From the NCBI GenBank assembly GCA_030704615.1, contig CM060734.1, positions 35,092,001-35,156,000 on the forward strand: a stretch of 64,000 nucleotides of DNA, written 5' to 3'. The notes under the pieces were generated by a model. It was given only the letters and a program-made list of their open reading frames with translations. It searched no databases and had not been told where the DNA came from. The DNA is from Takakia lepidozioides (lineage: Eukaryota > Plantae > Bryophyta). A program made the translations under genes and the position numbers. Positions 25,566 to 38,895 of this stretch are shown in pieces (the first letter of the stretch is position 1; every line of letters starts with the position of its first letter).

Positions 25566-28500
25566 GCCAAGCATTAGATGGGGCCTGGAGTTGAATGCGA
25601 GGGAGCCGGTTCAGCCAGCGTGGACCCCCCGCCACCCCACGCCCACCCCCAACTCCAGCACCCGCAAACCACGCGACACGCCCTCTCGTGCCTCATGTTC
25701 CCGCTGCCAGGACATGAGACGTGCCCTCTCCCGCATCCCCATCCCTCCTTGCATCCCGCCCTCATGCATAGCATTGCCCTCCATCCCCCCTGCATACCTT
25801 CATCCTCCCCATGCTACATGGTATCCCAAGCATACATCATGCACTCTTTCAAAAATTCTGACATCTATTCAAATTTCAAATGGCAAATTTGAAGAAACAA
25901 TGGACGTTGGGATATATGCCACGTCATCACATGCATTGCCACCCCAATCTAGGGTTTTGCTACCCTCATCGTGCATTTCCTCGTACAACAGTTCTATCCA
26001 TGCCTTCCAAATGCATCCCCACCTTGGCACTCTGCGTTCACCTTCCATATTGAATTGTGTTTGTATGTTGCCTACATATGTTGCATACCATTGTAAGTTG
26101 CAATCGTGTGGATGTCTGGCCCACCTGAAAAGTTTGTGCTTGCATAGGGCACAATTTGTTGTCTGATGCATGAATTTCCTTTGCAGCTATACATGCCCAC
26201 AATCTGCCAGCAGAACAAAAGAGTAGGAGGTTTATGTGAGGATAGGGCAGGGAAAGAAGAAACTCAGAAGGAGTTTGTTGGAAAAATCCCTAAGCGAGAT
26301 GTGATCTCTTGGAATGCCATGATTGCAGGATTAGCTCGGCACGGGCAAAGTGAAGAGGCTTCTCGTTACTTCCGAAGTATGCAACAAGAAGGCTTGAAGC
26401 CCAACAATGTCACCTTCATGAGCTGGATCAATGCATGTGCCAGCCCCACGGCTGTGGGTCTCTTCATGGGCCATGAGCATAAATTTCCATATGTTCCTTG
26501 AAAGTGGTCTGTCATTGCCACTGCCACTGCCACTGCTCCTCTGCCACTTTTGTTATATGTGTTGTACAACTATTGTGGGAGCTATGAAGCTGGTGGGGAA
26601 GGGTCACAGCTTGTCACTGTTGCACAAGATGAAGCTGAATCAGATGGTCCGACTTCATGATTGACAGCACAAATCATCAAAGCTGGGCTGGCACCATATA
26701 TCATCCTGGAGACTTTCCTTGTTGTCAGTATGCCAACTGTGGGAGCATGAAAGGAAAGGGAGATTGTCAATGCCCGGTGTGCAGGCGGCCTAAAGACAAT
26801 ATCCATTTTCTGTTACAATGTCTGAGGATGCACAAGGAGTGTTCAACACCATGTCTCAACGAAATGTGGTCTCATGGAATGTGATGATTGGAGGATATAC
26901 TTAGAATCAGTGTGGTTCAAAGGCTTTCAAGATCTACGAGCAAATGGTACAGGAAGAGGTGATAGCCGATCAGGTCGCAATCTATGCATGCGCCAACCTT
27001 GAAGCCCTGGAAAAGAATAAAGAGGTCCATTCTAACATCATCAAAGCTAGAATTGCTCCAGATATGTCCATCTTTTGTAGGAACGCACAAAATATAAAAG
27101 ACCTTGCAGCTGGAAAGCACGTGCATGCCCACATTATCTGAAATGGATTCAAGCCATATGTCTGTCTACAGAACACCCTCATCAACATGTATGCCAATTG
27201 TGGGAGTGTGGTGGATGCACACGAAGTGTTTGAGAGAATTTGTGAACGAGATATGGTTACCTGGAGTATGAGAATGGTAGGATATGCCAGACTTCAGTGT
27301 GGTAAAGAAGAATTTGAGATCTATAAGCATAAGTGAAATGTGATCCCTTTCAACATGATGATTGTAGAATATGCCCAACATGGGTTTGGTAGGGATGCTT
27401 TCCAGATCTATGAGCAAATGCAATGGGAAGAGGTGTTGCCCAACAGGGCCACATTTGTTTGTGTTCTAAATTCATGTTGACACTATCAAAGCTGGAACTG
27501 TGCCAGATATCATTCTGGATGCTGCCCTTGTTGACACGTTTGCCAAATGTGGGAGCATAGAGAATGCACATGAATATGCACGGGAAGCTTTCCATATGTA
27601 TGGAAAATGCAAGAGGAAGGGGTGGCGCCTGGTAGGGTCACTTTCATTGTGTTCTCAATGCATTGTGAATTGGTCCATGTTGGCCTCATCGAAAATGAAA
27701 ACCGGTTAGACATCGTTCTGGAAACTGCCCTTGCTAACATGTATGCAAAATGCAGAAGCTTGGAGGAAGCACATCAAGTATTCAACAATGTGGCTCAACA
27801 AGATTTGGTCTCATGGATGCTACGATTGCAGGATATGGATAGCATGGATGGTGTGAGGAAGCCCTCCAACAATTTGAACAAATTCAATAGGAGGCTTGAA
27901 GCAAGATGGTATCACATTTATATCTCTTCTTTCTTGATGTAGTCATGCAGGATTAGTGAAAGAAGGCCGTCACTACTTTGATTCTAGGAGTCAAAATCAT
28001 AGCCGATACATTAGAGCATTTTGGCTGCATGGTGGACTTCTTGGTCATGCAGGACGATTAGATGAGGCTGAGGACTCCATTAACAAAATGGCGCCAATTG
28101 AACCAAGTGCTTCGGTGTGGGGGCCCACACTTGGTGCCTGCATAATTCATGGTAATGTGGTGCTAGCACAATGTGCAACTGGTCGGTGGGAGGAAAAAAC
28201 AATTGTGAGAAAAAAGACGGAGGAGAAAGGTGTCAGAAAAGAGCAAGGGCGCAGCTGCATCGAGGTCAACAACCAGGTGCATACATTGCAGAAGACAAAG
28301 TGCATCTGCAAATATAGGGGATCCATGCAGAGTTGACAAGCGGGTCTATGCCGAAATCAAGATAATTGGATTTGAGTCAGATCTCCCAAGTAAGCAATGG
28401 CGCTCTTGTCAGCATGTATTGCAAATGTAGGAATATAGTGAATGTGCACCAAGTTTTTGACAATATACATACACGAAATGTGATTTCATGGACTGCGATG

Positions 28501-31500
28501 ATTGCAGGACTAGCTAAGGAAGGGCATAGTGGAGAGGCAATTGAATACTTTCAACGAATGCAACAGACACGCGTGAAGCCTAACAATGTCACCTTTATGA
28601 GCACCCTCAAAGCATGTGGCAGCCCAACAGCTCTGGAACAGGGCAAGCATTTCCATGCGAACATAATCAAGGCTGGATTTGAGTCAGATCTCCTTATGGG
28701 TACTGCCCTTGTCAGCAGGTACAAAAGTGTGGGGATGTGGTGGGTGCAAGCCAAGTGTTTGACAAAATGCCTAGGCGAGATGCGATCTGATGGAATGTGA
28801 TGATTGCAGGATTAGTTCAGCAAGGGCAATTCCAAAAGGCAACTGAATTCTGGCAGCGAATGCAACGAGAAGGCTTGAAGCTAAATTGATCAGCATCCTC
28901 AATTCATGGGCTTGCCCACTAGCCGTGGAACAGGGCAAGTGGCTTCATGTGGACATAGTTGAGGCTAGACTCGAGTCGGTTGGCCAGGTGGCCAATGCCC
29001 TTGTCAACATATCCTGCAAGTGCAGGGGTTTTGTGAATGCATGCCTCCTCAAGGGCAGAGCTATTTTAGATACCCATCCTTATAGTAGGTGGGCGTACGA
29101 TTGTTAACCCCCATTGTTCAATGTGGGAGGGAGAGATGGTGATGGACTCAACTTTGACTTGTTGCATTGGCTCAACTGGCACATTAAATCCATTTTTTTG
29201 TCGGTATTATGCACCCATAAAAGGTTTTCAACTGAATTATTTGACCAAAAGGTGGCATGTCTGGTTTTCCTTGCTTCCACTGGGATATCATGCTTGTGTT
29301 CATGATATGCATACTATGTCCTTGTCACTACCTAAGAGAACCACTTATGGAATTCCATCCTCATAAGGATGTGAAGATGCCTAAGAACAATATATGTGGG
29401 GTTGCTCATGGCTTGGACTGGCATGCAACAGTCTCATGGACTGCTGCTCTAGGGCTTGCGATTGTCATCATATAAAATCATGGAATAGATGCATGCATGA
29501 TTGCTTTTACATCCAAGTTGGAGAGCCACAGCAACTTTGGGATGAATCATACCGTACATAATGTATATTGGGAATGAATGAAGATTAGAAGTTATCATAC
29601 TATGAATGAAACACATACAGAAAGTATGAGTGCATATGTGCATATAGTGCCTATACACTCATGTTGACTTATGAGTGTTGTCTGCACATTGTGCTATTTG
29701 CAGTAAGAATGAAGTAGTCGAAATCCAGGGTTCTGTTCTCTTTATAATTCATTGCAGCTGGAGAAGCACGGAAAGGGTGATGACCCACAAACAAAGGAAG
29801 AGAGTTGTTGTTGGGCAGCAGTGGCATCAACCCTCACTAGGCCGAGATCCCCTCTATGAAATTCATGTGCAGAATTCACGACTTCATGTCTCACATGAGA
29901 TAGTTGTAGGAAACGTGGGGAATATATGGCCAGATTCCAGAGAGAATGCAGTAGCAAACATTGGTGGGAATGGGTCATGGATGACCACCATGCCAACAGC
30001 CAATGTCTTCAAACAGTTTGAGGAAGCTGCCCTACAGGTAAATCTCATCCCATTTTGGAACCCCAAATGAGTACCAAACCTACAACCAACACACATGTGA
30101 CTGAAACCATCTGGCCCTACCTTAGGTTGGTTTGTTACTGGGTTTGAAGGGTCCAAGCATTGACTTGATGAAAAAGATCGTGCTTTGACCCCTTGTTGCC
30201 ACTCACGTTCTGAGCATGAGGCAAGTCACCATGCACTATCACTGTTGGTTCCAAACGCCGCCAACGATGGCTCAAAGAGTTCCAAATGAGTTGGTATCTA
30301 TAAGATGGATTTATATTAGTTAGCAGGGAAATTGCTATGATACATAAATCAGTTACCCGCGTTGGTCTGTAAGGCTTACTAGTCCCTTGGTCCCTGGTGA
30401 CCATGGGGCTCGACCTGGAATTACATCAGCAATGCCATCACCGGATTTTCTTACAATGACCTCCATGGGCTGGCTGCCAGAGAGCAGGCACCTTTGGAGG
30501 ATTGTGAGAGACAGTGGATGACCATAGGTGCCTAATCAATGAGATGGAGTTCAGAGCAACACATTATGGAAATGGTGCATATGGAGACACAAATCAATTG
30601 TACATTTAATTAAGAATGGGAGCGCACATAGTTTGTATGAACGCCTCATTTGTTGTCTCTGGGGTTGTGTTTTTCTTTTGCCAGTGATTCATAGGAAACT
30701 GAAGCAAGTGGCTAATATCTTCTGGCAGCTTTTTAAAAATGTAGCCAGTTTTTCAGCTTCACATGTTTGAATCATCTTCTTTAACAAAGTTTAACAGAGT
30801 TTTTCAGCTTTGACGCACCAGGTTCATGTCCCTTGCCCTCGTGTAGGCCTCGCATATGAGGGACTCGTACTCATCAGTATCATATGTCTCGTGGTATTCC
30901 CTCCGGTTCTCTATCATTTTGCTCTCCTTCATCGTGATAGCTGCGTCTGCCAGCACTTGTAGCAACGTGAAAACCTACACAGCCAATGCCTAGCATAAAT
31001 CCTCAGCAAGGTATAAATGATGCCTACTGTAATTGCATGCATAGCTGCAACTGAACCCAACCCTAAACCTCTGACAATGGTGTGCATGTCATTTATCCTA
31101 AACCCTAAACCCCAAAACATCATGAATGGACTGCAAATTATATGAAATATGTCAATATGGGGAGTGATCATGGACCAAAGTAGTGACCTAAGTTGTTCTG
31201 GAAAGAAAAAAAAACGTTAGAACATATGTGTACATCCCTGGAGCGAGCCATTGAATTATGGAAAGTGATGCCCGAGGTCACTTTCAATTCTTGCAATACA
31301 ACATTAATCAAAAATTGCAAAGTCGGCAGCTTTATGCCTTACCAGTCTACCCAGGTCCCGAAAGTATCAGTAAAGTAACAAACTCTTCACCTCAGCTCCA
31401 TATGAAACCCACTCTCCACCGTAGCTCCATGTAAAAGCTTCCATGAAGTGCCCAAAACTAGCAAAATAGGCCCACTTTTGCACTTTGCTAACTACTATAG

Positions 31501-32139
31501 TGAGAAAATGAGACTTGAGTCACAATATGCAGTTTGTGAAGCTATGCATTCAATATATGTGAAAGAACCAACAAAGAACGATTGGGTTTCAAATGCTCAT
31601 TGCAGAGCTCACTCACCCGCAAAGTACAACCTGGAGGAAGAGCAGAATGAAGATCCAGAGAAGACAAATGACAAAGTCGATCGTTTTGGAGCGATAATAA
31701 GGACCTGCACGCAAGAAACGTGTGGAGCGCAAGCGTTGCAACCTCTGAACATGGCGACCACATCCTGCATCGTAGCAGGATTGCCCACTGCTGTCCACAA
31801 AATCGACGTGCATGACGGGACGCGGTACGCCAACGCCAACAATAGCAACGAAAGCCAGAGCTGGTACGTGTATTCTCCACCTACCCTCATCATTTTACAT
31901 GCAATGGCATGCATGGGGGATGGAGGGCGATGCCATGCATGAGGGCGGGATGGGAGGAGGGATGGGGATGCAGGAGAGGGCACGTCTCATGTCCTGGCAG
32001 CGGGAACATGAGGCATGGGAGGGCGTGCCGCGTGGTGTGCGGGCGATGGAGTGGGGGGTGGGCGTGGGGTGGCGGGGGGTCCACGCTGGCTGAACCGGCT
32101 CCCTCGCATTCAACTCCAGGGCCCCATCTAATGCTTGGC
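25566..32139. mobile_element. Pack-MULE (non-autonomous Mutator-like element), about 6.6 kb
   Basis: Highly similar TIRs of about 230 bp (25566-~25798 and ~31903-32139) starting GCCAAGCATTAGATGGGGCC. 9-bp TSD ATACTTATT at 25557-25565 and 32140-32148. Interior holds gene fragments; no transposase recognised. Confidence 0.9.
26260..29050 (+). pseudogene. PLS-class PPR gene fragments with E/E+ region, heavily frameshifted
   Basis: RDVISWNAMIAGLARHG, KPNNVTF, ALVDTFAKCGSIE, PIEPSASVWGPTLGACIIHGNV and GVRKEQGRSCIEVNNQVH. Many stops and frameshifts; no DYW domain seen. Confidence 0.9.
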
Positions 32140-32479
32140 ATACTTATTGTTTTCCAACATTGTCTTTATTGTCAGCATGAGAATCTCTTGTTTTGCTTTT
32201 TTTTTGCAGCAGATTCTCCAATAAGTATAACTTAGGCTTACAAATGCCAAAGACAAATTGATTTCAGGCAAAGGTCGTCAGTGTGTTCAACTGTGCACGA
32301 TTCTAGCTGTACATGGAATCAAACATGCCGAGGCCTTGTGTTCTGTCTGATGTAGTGTTTATGAGCTTGATATAAGTTAAGTTGAGTACCCAGACTCGAT
32401 TGCTCTTTATCTTGCTCTCGACATCGTCTTTCTTCTCTCTAGAAAATCTCCAGGCTTGGGCACCCATTAGAGGAATTCT

Positions 32480-35400
32480 ATGGACTTGATAAGCTCAGGT
32501 GCAGGAGCACCCACGGCAGTCATATGCGGGCTGACAGGTGCGCTCCTCTTTCTTTATTTTGGGGGCGCCTCGGTTATTAATGAATGGCTCTGCCGGCCTC
32601 AACTTCAACAAGGAGCGGGTCCTCTACCTCCTGGCCCCATGGGGTGGCCCGTGATTGGCAATAGCATCCGATTTCTGAAACGTGACCCTCTCTTTACTGG
32701 TCAAGGACCACTCTCCAAGTCAGTGTCCCATTCCCCACCTCAAAAATATACATGGAATGAAAGTCATAACTGTAAGCAGCTACCGGTGTCTACTGTGAAA
32801 TTCTTTCGAAGTTTGAAGAGAGAAAGAAATAAACGACTACATCTGCAGGCCTATAACTTCGAAAATTTCCTATGAATGCATATGAATCAAGCTGGTCATG
32901 CTCACGGGTAAAGTACTACTTTGTACTAGTCACACAACTAGGAAATAAGTAGTACAATATTGAAGTACTGTAAGCTAGCACGATCTGACGATCGATTGGG
33001 TGAGTCTGAGTCTTGGAACAGGAGACTGAAAGAACTTAGCTTAAATTCAAAATTAAGTTCTGTCGGGTTGTGTCCAGTGTGCGGGAAGAGGAAGGGAAAA
33101 GGACTTGAACTACGAGTGACGTACATCTTATCACGAGCTTCGGTAATCATGGATGGATACACAGAGTCCAGACACAAATTATCAGAACATGGCAGACATG
33201 AAGGACAGCTCAGATGCACACACATCTGAGGTCGAGAAAGAGAGAATCAATCGTGAGGGGGTGGTGAGGTACTGACTGCTACTGACAACAAAAAATGGTT
33301 GTTAGTTTAGGATACACCGGGAATACAATGGGAGCTCGGTGCAGTTTATATATGAATTCAAGAGCCAAAAACACACAAGAGGAAAGGGAAGTCCTAAGTC
33401 TAATTTTCAGAGGTTATAAGTATGTATAAATCTCTCCCCAAAAATCTTTCTAAAATCTCCATATGATCATTTAAGCCGATGACTAAGTAATTAAGATGTT
33501 TCAGTGGATCGTAGGTAGTCCCGACTGGTCATCGTTGTGCTGCAATGGTACGTGTACAGGTTTGGCGAATTATATAAGACACACATACTTGGAAAACCGA
33601 CTATTGTAGCCGCATCACCGGAGTCGTCGAGGTCAGTTCTGCTGAAGAACCACGGTCGCTATGACGCGAGCTGGCCAAAAGCGGTTTTGGCACTGTTCGG
33701 AAAGACCAGCCTCTTTGCATTGAGAGGGCAGCCGCACAACCGAATGCGCAGGTTCTTTCAGAGACCACTTCAGCCCCAGTCATTACACCCCAGATTACCC
33801 AAGATTGAGGCTGCAATACTAGCGACATTGAGATCATGGGAAGGTCGCACTGTGAACTGTTTTGAAAGCTTGACGAAGGTACCGAAGTCAATAAACACTC
33901 TCGCCTCTCACAAATGCTTCGAATAGAGTGCTACATGCATGCTAATACAAAGTAAGTAGTACATGTATGTCCTCGAGGTATGATGCAGGACGAGTACTGT
34001 TGGACCTTTTTCTACCTTATCTCAGAAGTTAGATGCTGTCCGAATTTTTTCATATGACGTAGCTTCACTTGATCGGAAGAGAAGCTCAATGACCATTCAT
34101 GCTTTTATCTAGTTATTCTCTCTATAAGGAACTTAGTGCCACCTAAAAGAGGTCCAGCCCTTTACTCATTGATCGATACTTTGTGGGACGTAACAGTTCG
34201 TGTTTGGAGCGATATCTAGCATTATGTACAGCAGAGAGCTGGATGCTCAAGATAATTTGCTGGAAGATTACACCGAGTTCGAGAAAGGCCTGTGGACATG
34301 GTTTACTTACAAAATTGTGGGGACCACTTACTACAAATCCTTGCAGGTTGGCACTAGAGCTCTCTTTCGTTCTTTGTTTTAAAAGTATCTACTCCACGCA
34401 CTCTACATGATGACCGTTCATTGTTGGGACAGCAACTAGCCGCAATTCCATTCCCCTCCCCTTTTATCTTTCTACCTGATGTGAATATTGTTCTGGGAGG
34501 GCTGGTGCGAGTACACGTAACTTGCAACCAACAGATAGAATTTAAACCATTTTCAAAACTGGTAGATCCATGGCGCAAATTTCCATTCCTCCACTGAGAT
34601 AATACCTCTTAGTTAGGGAACAGAGTGAATCAACTGCTATGTAACTTCACCATCCTATTATCCTGTACATATCTCCTTGTTTGTCGATGTGCTCTGGGCA
34701 CACCCGACATTTGGGCAAAGTGCACTTACGCAGTTAGCTAATAGTGCATGCCACCTCTCTTACTCTCACAATTGCTTGTACATACGTATACCTTGTGCTG
34801 CCTCGAGCTTTGAGTAAAGTTCAGTAGTTGATCAGGCCTACGAGATTCTGCACGGTCGACCTTTACCTACAATCGGACAGGGTGACCCGCAATGGGAAGA
34901 GGCTCTTAGTTACGCTACCTTCGGTTGGCGTCGTCTCTCTCTCCTCGACAGGGTTAGCGTCTCAAGTGGATGTTCTTCTACAGGTAATGTCCACCTGCGT
35001 CTCTAACTTTTGGGTGTTGTGTTTGTCTTCTAGGCCAGATCACGCATGCTTGCCGTGTTCAGCAAGGTGATTGCTCAAAGAAGGTCAGGTAAAGTGCATT
35101 GCGACGATGCGTTGCAAGCTATGCTTGACAGTCCTGAGTCAGAGGAGCTTGGGAGGATTACAGATGAAGAGATCCTAGACAACCTTTTCATCAGTCTTAC
35201 AGGAGGCATAGACACCAGTACTCGTACACTTCTGTGGTGTATTAAGATGTTGAGTGATCTTCCCGATTTGCTGGCTGACGTGAAGGTAAGAGCAAGCAAT
35301 CCCAGGTTGTGGGGAGACAAGACTCTGACCCAGGCTAGCGTAAATAAGAGCTTCCCCTGACAAGCAGGGTGCCAGGCAGGGTGCAGGGTTGTGCAATTTC

Positions 35401-37843
35401 AGTTACACAGATTGATCGTAACCCGAATTTTCCATTTGTCTAGAGAGTGTGTTTCGAAGGATGCATGTATTATTAAGTGGTGAATACGAAGAGAAAGAGG
35501 AAGTACAAGAGTTTCCCTTGGTCCCACCCTTCCTCTATCTCTTCGTGACCATGCAATGTTCGCAACGTAGGCTTGCAGCTGTAATACTCTGAGTTATATG
35601 CATTATTATGTGTGGGATGCAGATGGAGCACGAGCAGATCCGCAAGTTGAAATCGGATCCCAATGCACCCCTGACAGTAACCGACCTCAAAGCCATGACA
35701 GTCACGAACTGGGTATTCAATCCATCCTCTTCCATTTGCTTTACAGCCTTTCCTTCTTAATTTCCAATAGGAAAAATGGGCAAATTGACAATGTCAATTT
35801 CGATCGATCGACAGTAGCGAAATTTCATTATTGACCTTGACATCGAATCATATTTGAAAAGCCGGTATTGTTGAAGCTGCTCTTCACAGTAAGCAAGCAG
35901 TGCATTGTTCTGAATCATAAAAGACACTTGTAATGCAGGTAATGCAAGAGGCTGTTCGACTTTACGTTACTAAATTTGTTTTCCGTGAGGCTCTTGAAGA
36001 TGTACAGTACAATGGTATGTTCTCGCTCACCATTCGACACGATACCTTGTGTACTGGTTGAACAACCAACTCCGGTTCCTTTAGAACAAAAATGTCAGAC
36101 TGTGTTCGTTGTTTGATCAATCTGTATATGAACTGTTTTGTGTAGGCCTAGTAGATTGTAGGAAAAAACTAACATCTTCGACCATATCCGACCTATAATT
36201 ATATAAGGATCATAGTACTAGTATCTATATCGCTCCAGACTCTGAACCCCAACGACATCACTTCTCTACACCCCTAATTAATGTCTATCGGGCTTTATTG
36301 GAATTCGTTCATGTCAACAGGACTCACAATCCCAAGGGGATGGACAGTAATGGTCGATATGGAATGCATACATACGAATCCAGCAAGCTGGCCTGACCCA
36401 CTCAAGTTCAACCCCTACAGATACCAGGTACGTGAACTATGTCATCCACGAACTTTGTCATTGGACTCCATGAAAAAATGCACGTCTCGGTAGTCCGCGT
36501 ACATATAAAACACAACGTCTTGTGCCTAACCCTTTTTTTTAATGACATCAGAAAGCCTGGTTTAGGCACCATCAAATTGCCTCACCCAAATGTGCCTCCA
36601 TACCTCCCATTGTCATATCCTTCAGGTCGATGTAGGGTGTTCTTGCAATCAGATGCATACTAGATAGGCCTCAGAGCGAACAGGTTTCCTTGTCACTTTC
36701 ATATCCTCGGAAGCAGAAGCAAAGATAGAAAATTCATAGGATAGTGCACGCACTTGTCAATCGACCTAATTCAACACCCTTCTGTATTTGGAATATACGG
36801 TAATAGTGGGTTCCTTCCTGACCTCAGCTTAATAAATGGCCCTCGAGTGCCCCCCTGTGATATGTTGAGGTAAATGGCCTAATAGAAAAAGATCGAGTTG
36901 AATACAGACTATCGAAGAGTTTACCCCCCTGTGATATGTTGAGGTAAATGGCCTAATAGTAAAAGATCGAGTTGAATACAGACTATCGAAGAGTTTACAT
37001 TCTAGATACATATTAAAAAACTATTCGATTCCTTTGTCCAAAGTATCATGACCACCTCATATATTGGTATGGGCAGAAAAGGAATATTTCGTGCTTGCTC
37101 CAGTGCAGACTGAAGTTGGGGACCATTTCATTAATTCTTGAGCAACACTTCGTGCTTGCTTGGTGCATTTATCTGTACTTGTATTGGGGTGCAGACACCA
37201 CCAGACTATTTTGTTCCATTCGGACAAGGCCCCCGTGTTTGCCCAGGGAACGAGTTGGCGAGACTGGAGATTCTTGTCTTTATTCACCACTTTATTACCA
37301 AATATGAGTAAGTGCTCTTCTAGAACTCTATGATCTAAAAGAACTATTCCTCCAGGGGACTTTTGTATATAACTTTATAGTGTGCTTTTGAGCTTGGAGC
37401 AACATTGGTATAAAGTCATTAGATCGTTTGTAAAATTTATGTGCACATTGGTACTTGTTAATGCTCATGTAATCGAATAATACCACCTGCAAGTTCCTCG
37501 TATTGGAGATTATACCAGTTGGTGAGATAATGGTATATGGAAATTTGCACCTGACAATTGAATCTTTAAGGAACTACGATTCAAAATAGTTCACATGATT
37601 CGTCTAGGAGATAGACTTGATCTGAATCTTTTTTCTTTTCACACGATCACCATTAAGCTTATGCTAACTGTACATATAATATGTGAGCAGAGCTGGTGTA
37701 TGATTGCCTATGAAGATTTGCAATCTCATTAAGTTATACTGTTTTGTGGCAGTTGGGAGGTCCTTGGAAATAGCGACGAGATCATCACAGGACCCACTCC
37801 ACGACCTAAGGATGGACTTATTCTCAAAGTACATCGCAAATAA
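32480..37843 (+). CDS. Cytochrome P450, CYP85 clan, copy 1; 9 exons, 478 aa
   Basis: Exons 32480-32718, 33560-33878, 34197-34346, 35034-35285, 35623-35712, 35939-36014, 36321-36427, 37195-37307, 37753-37843 (1437 nt, in frame). Motifs [25 protein letters not shown] and heme motif [10 protein letters not shown]. The 150/252/90/76/107 exon pattern is typical of the clan. Confidence 0.93.
34880..34944 (+). mobile_element. Tiny 3' remnant of the RLE-type LINE in CYP copy 1 intron 3
   Basis: GAAGAGGCTCTTAGTTACGCTACCTTCGGTTGGCGTC plus (TC)n. Not seen in the homologous intron of copy 2. Confidence 0.6.
36850..36998. repeat. Tandem duplication of about 74 bp in CYP copy 1 intron 7
   Basis: CCCCCTGTGATATGTTGAGG...CTATCGAAGAGTTTAC occurs twice with one mismatch. 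Confidence 0.9.
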
Positions 37844-38634
37844 AAATGCCAAATTCAAGATCAGCAAAGGTACTAGCTGAGGAAATTAGGAAGTGACGGT
37901 TAACGTCCAACTATTTGTACAGTTGTTAAGAAATTGAGAACCTTGTGATATGATATAAGCTGAACAATCTTGGGTACCATGAGAATCACTATACCTTTTG
38001 AAGGTTCGAGATTAAATTCTCAAGACAGCCACTCTTAAGTTTAATAGTAATTTGTCTATTAATGTCGATAAACAACTTCAGTCCATATGTTTCAGTAGCT
38101 AAAATGGTGGAAATTTTCTCAAATGTATGAATTATGCGTATCCATAATCTGAAAGAATGTGACCGCATGTCAATGCGGTTTCAGGTCAATAAACTTTGAC
38201 GAAACAAAAACCTCACAGCTACATCCCAGTTCAGATAATATAACACCACCACTTGGACCTCAAGACTCGGAATCTGGTGCCTGTAAGATGTGAACTATGC
38301 ATACTCAAATTCATATAGATTTGTGGTCTCTGTACCTTGTGAAACCCAGCTCCTTGAGCGCGTCATATGCGGCGCTGAAGAAATTGCTGTCAACAAAGGC
38401 TAACGAGAAATACTTTGAGATCGTCTTCAAGGCCTCGGGAGAAGTCTGACGAGGATCCACTTGGGCCATTGTAACTCTTGGCTAGCTGCACTTCCAACCA
38501 GATTCAATAGTTTAAACAGGGAATTCCTGAAGAGAGAGATACAAACAGTATGAATAGCTGCTCCTCTGTCTCCATCTGAATAGCACAGAACAATGCAACG
38601 CAATGCACCCTAGCTTTGGGTTCTGTCTACATAC

Positions 38635-38815
38635 TTCTGCAACCTCTGGTAGATCCAGCTGGAAACAGTTTCAACGGAATAGTCAGGGTTTGTGCTATCT
38701 CATAGGGGATTGCAATCTCTTCCACTTTTATGAAGGGATCACTTGTGATGACAGCCCGTGCAGCATACTTACCACTTCCACCTAGAATGTTGTGGATAAG
38801 GGATGTAGCAGAAAA
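38635..38815 (-). pseudogene. Fragment of an RNA polymerase largest subunit (NRPD1/NRPE1-like)
   Basis: Manual translation LIHNILGGSGKYAARAVITSDPFIKVEEIAIPYEIAQTLTIP, then a frameshift to ETVSSWIYQRLQK. This parallels the SARxVITxDP..ExGxPxxIA..LT.PETV...RL block of Rpb1-family subunits. Confidence 0.7.
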
Positions 38816-38895
38816 ACATCATACCTACAAGAATCATGTATCTGTCTTTCACTTGAATATACACAACACTGATATCATGGGATTGCAATCCATAC

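Noticed and set aside
25564-26166. 200-aa Pro-rich ORF and its mirror ORFs at 31812-32235
   Set aside because: These are GC-rich TIR sequence read in several frames.
29675-31900. MuDR transposase remnant inside the MULE
   Set aside because: No DDE or SWIM motifs were recognised; the ORFs remain unidentified.
38150-38180. Hairpin ACCGCAT-gtca-ATGCGGT as a Helitron 3' end for the island
   Set aside because: It is not followed by a canonical CTRR on the minus strand.
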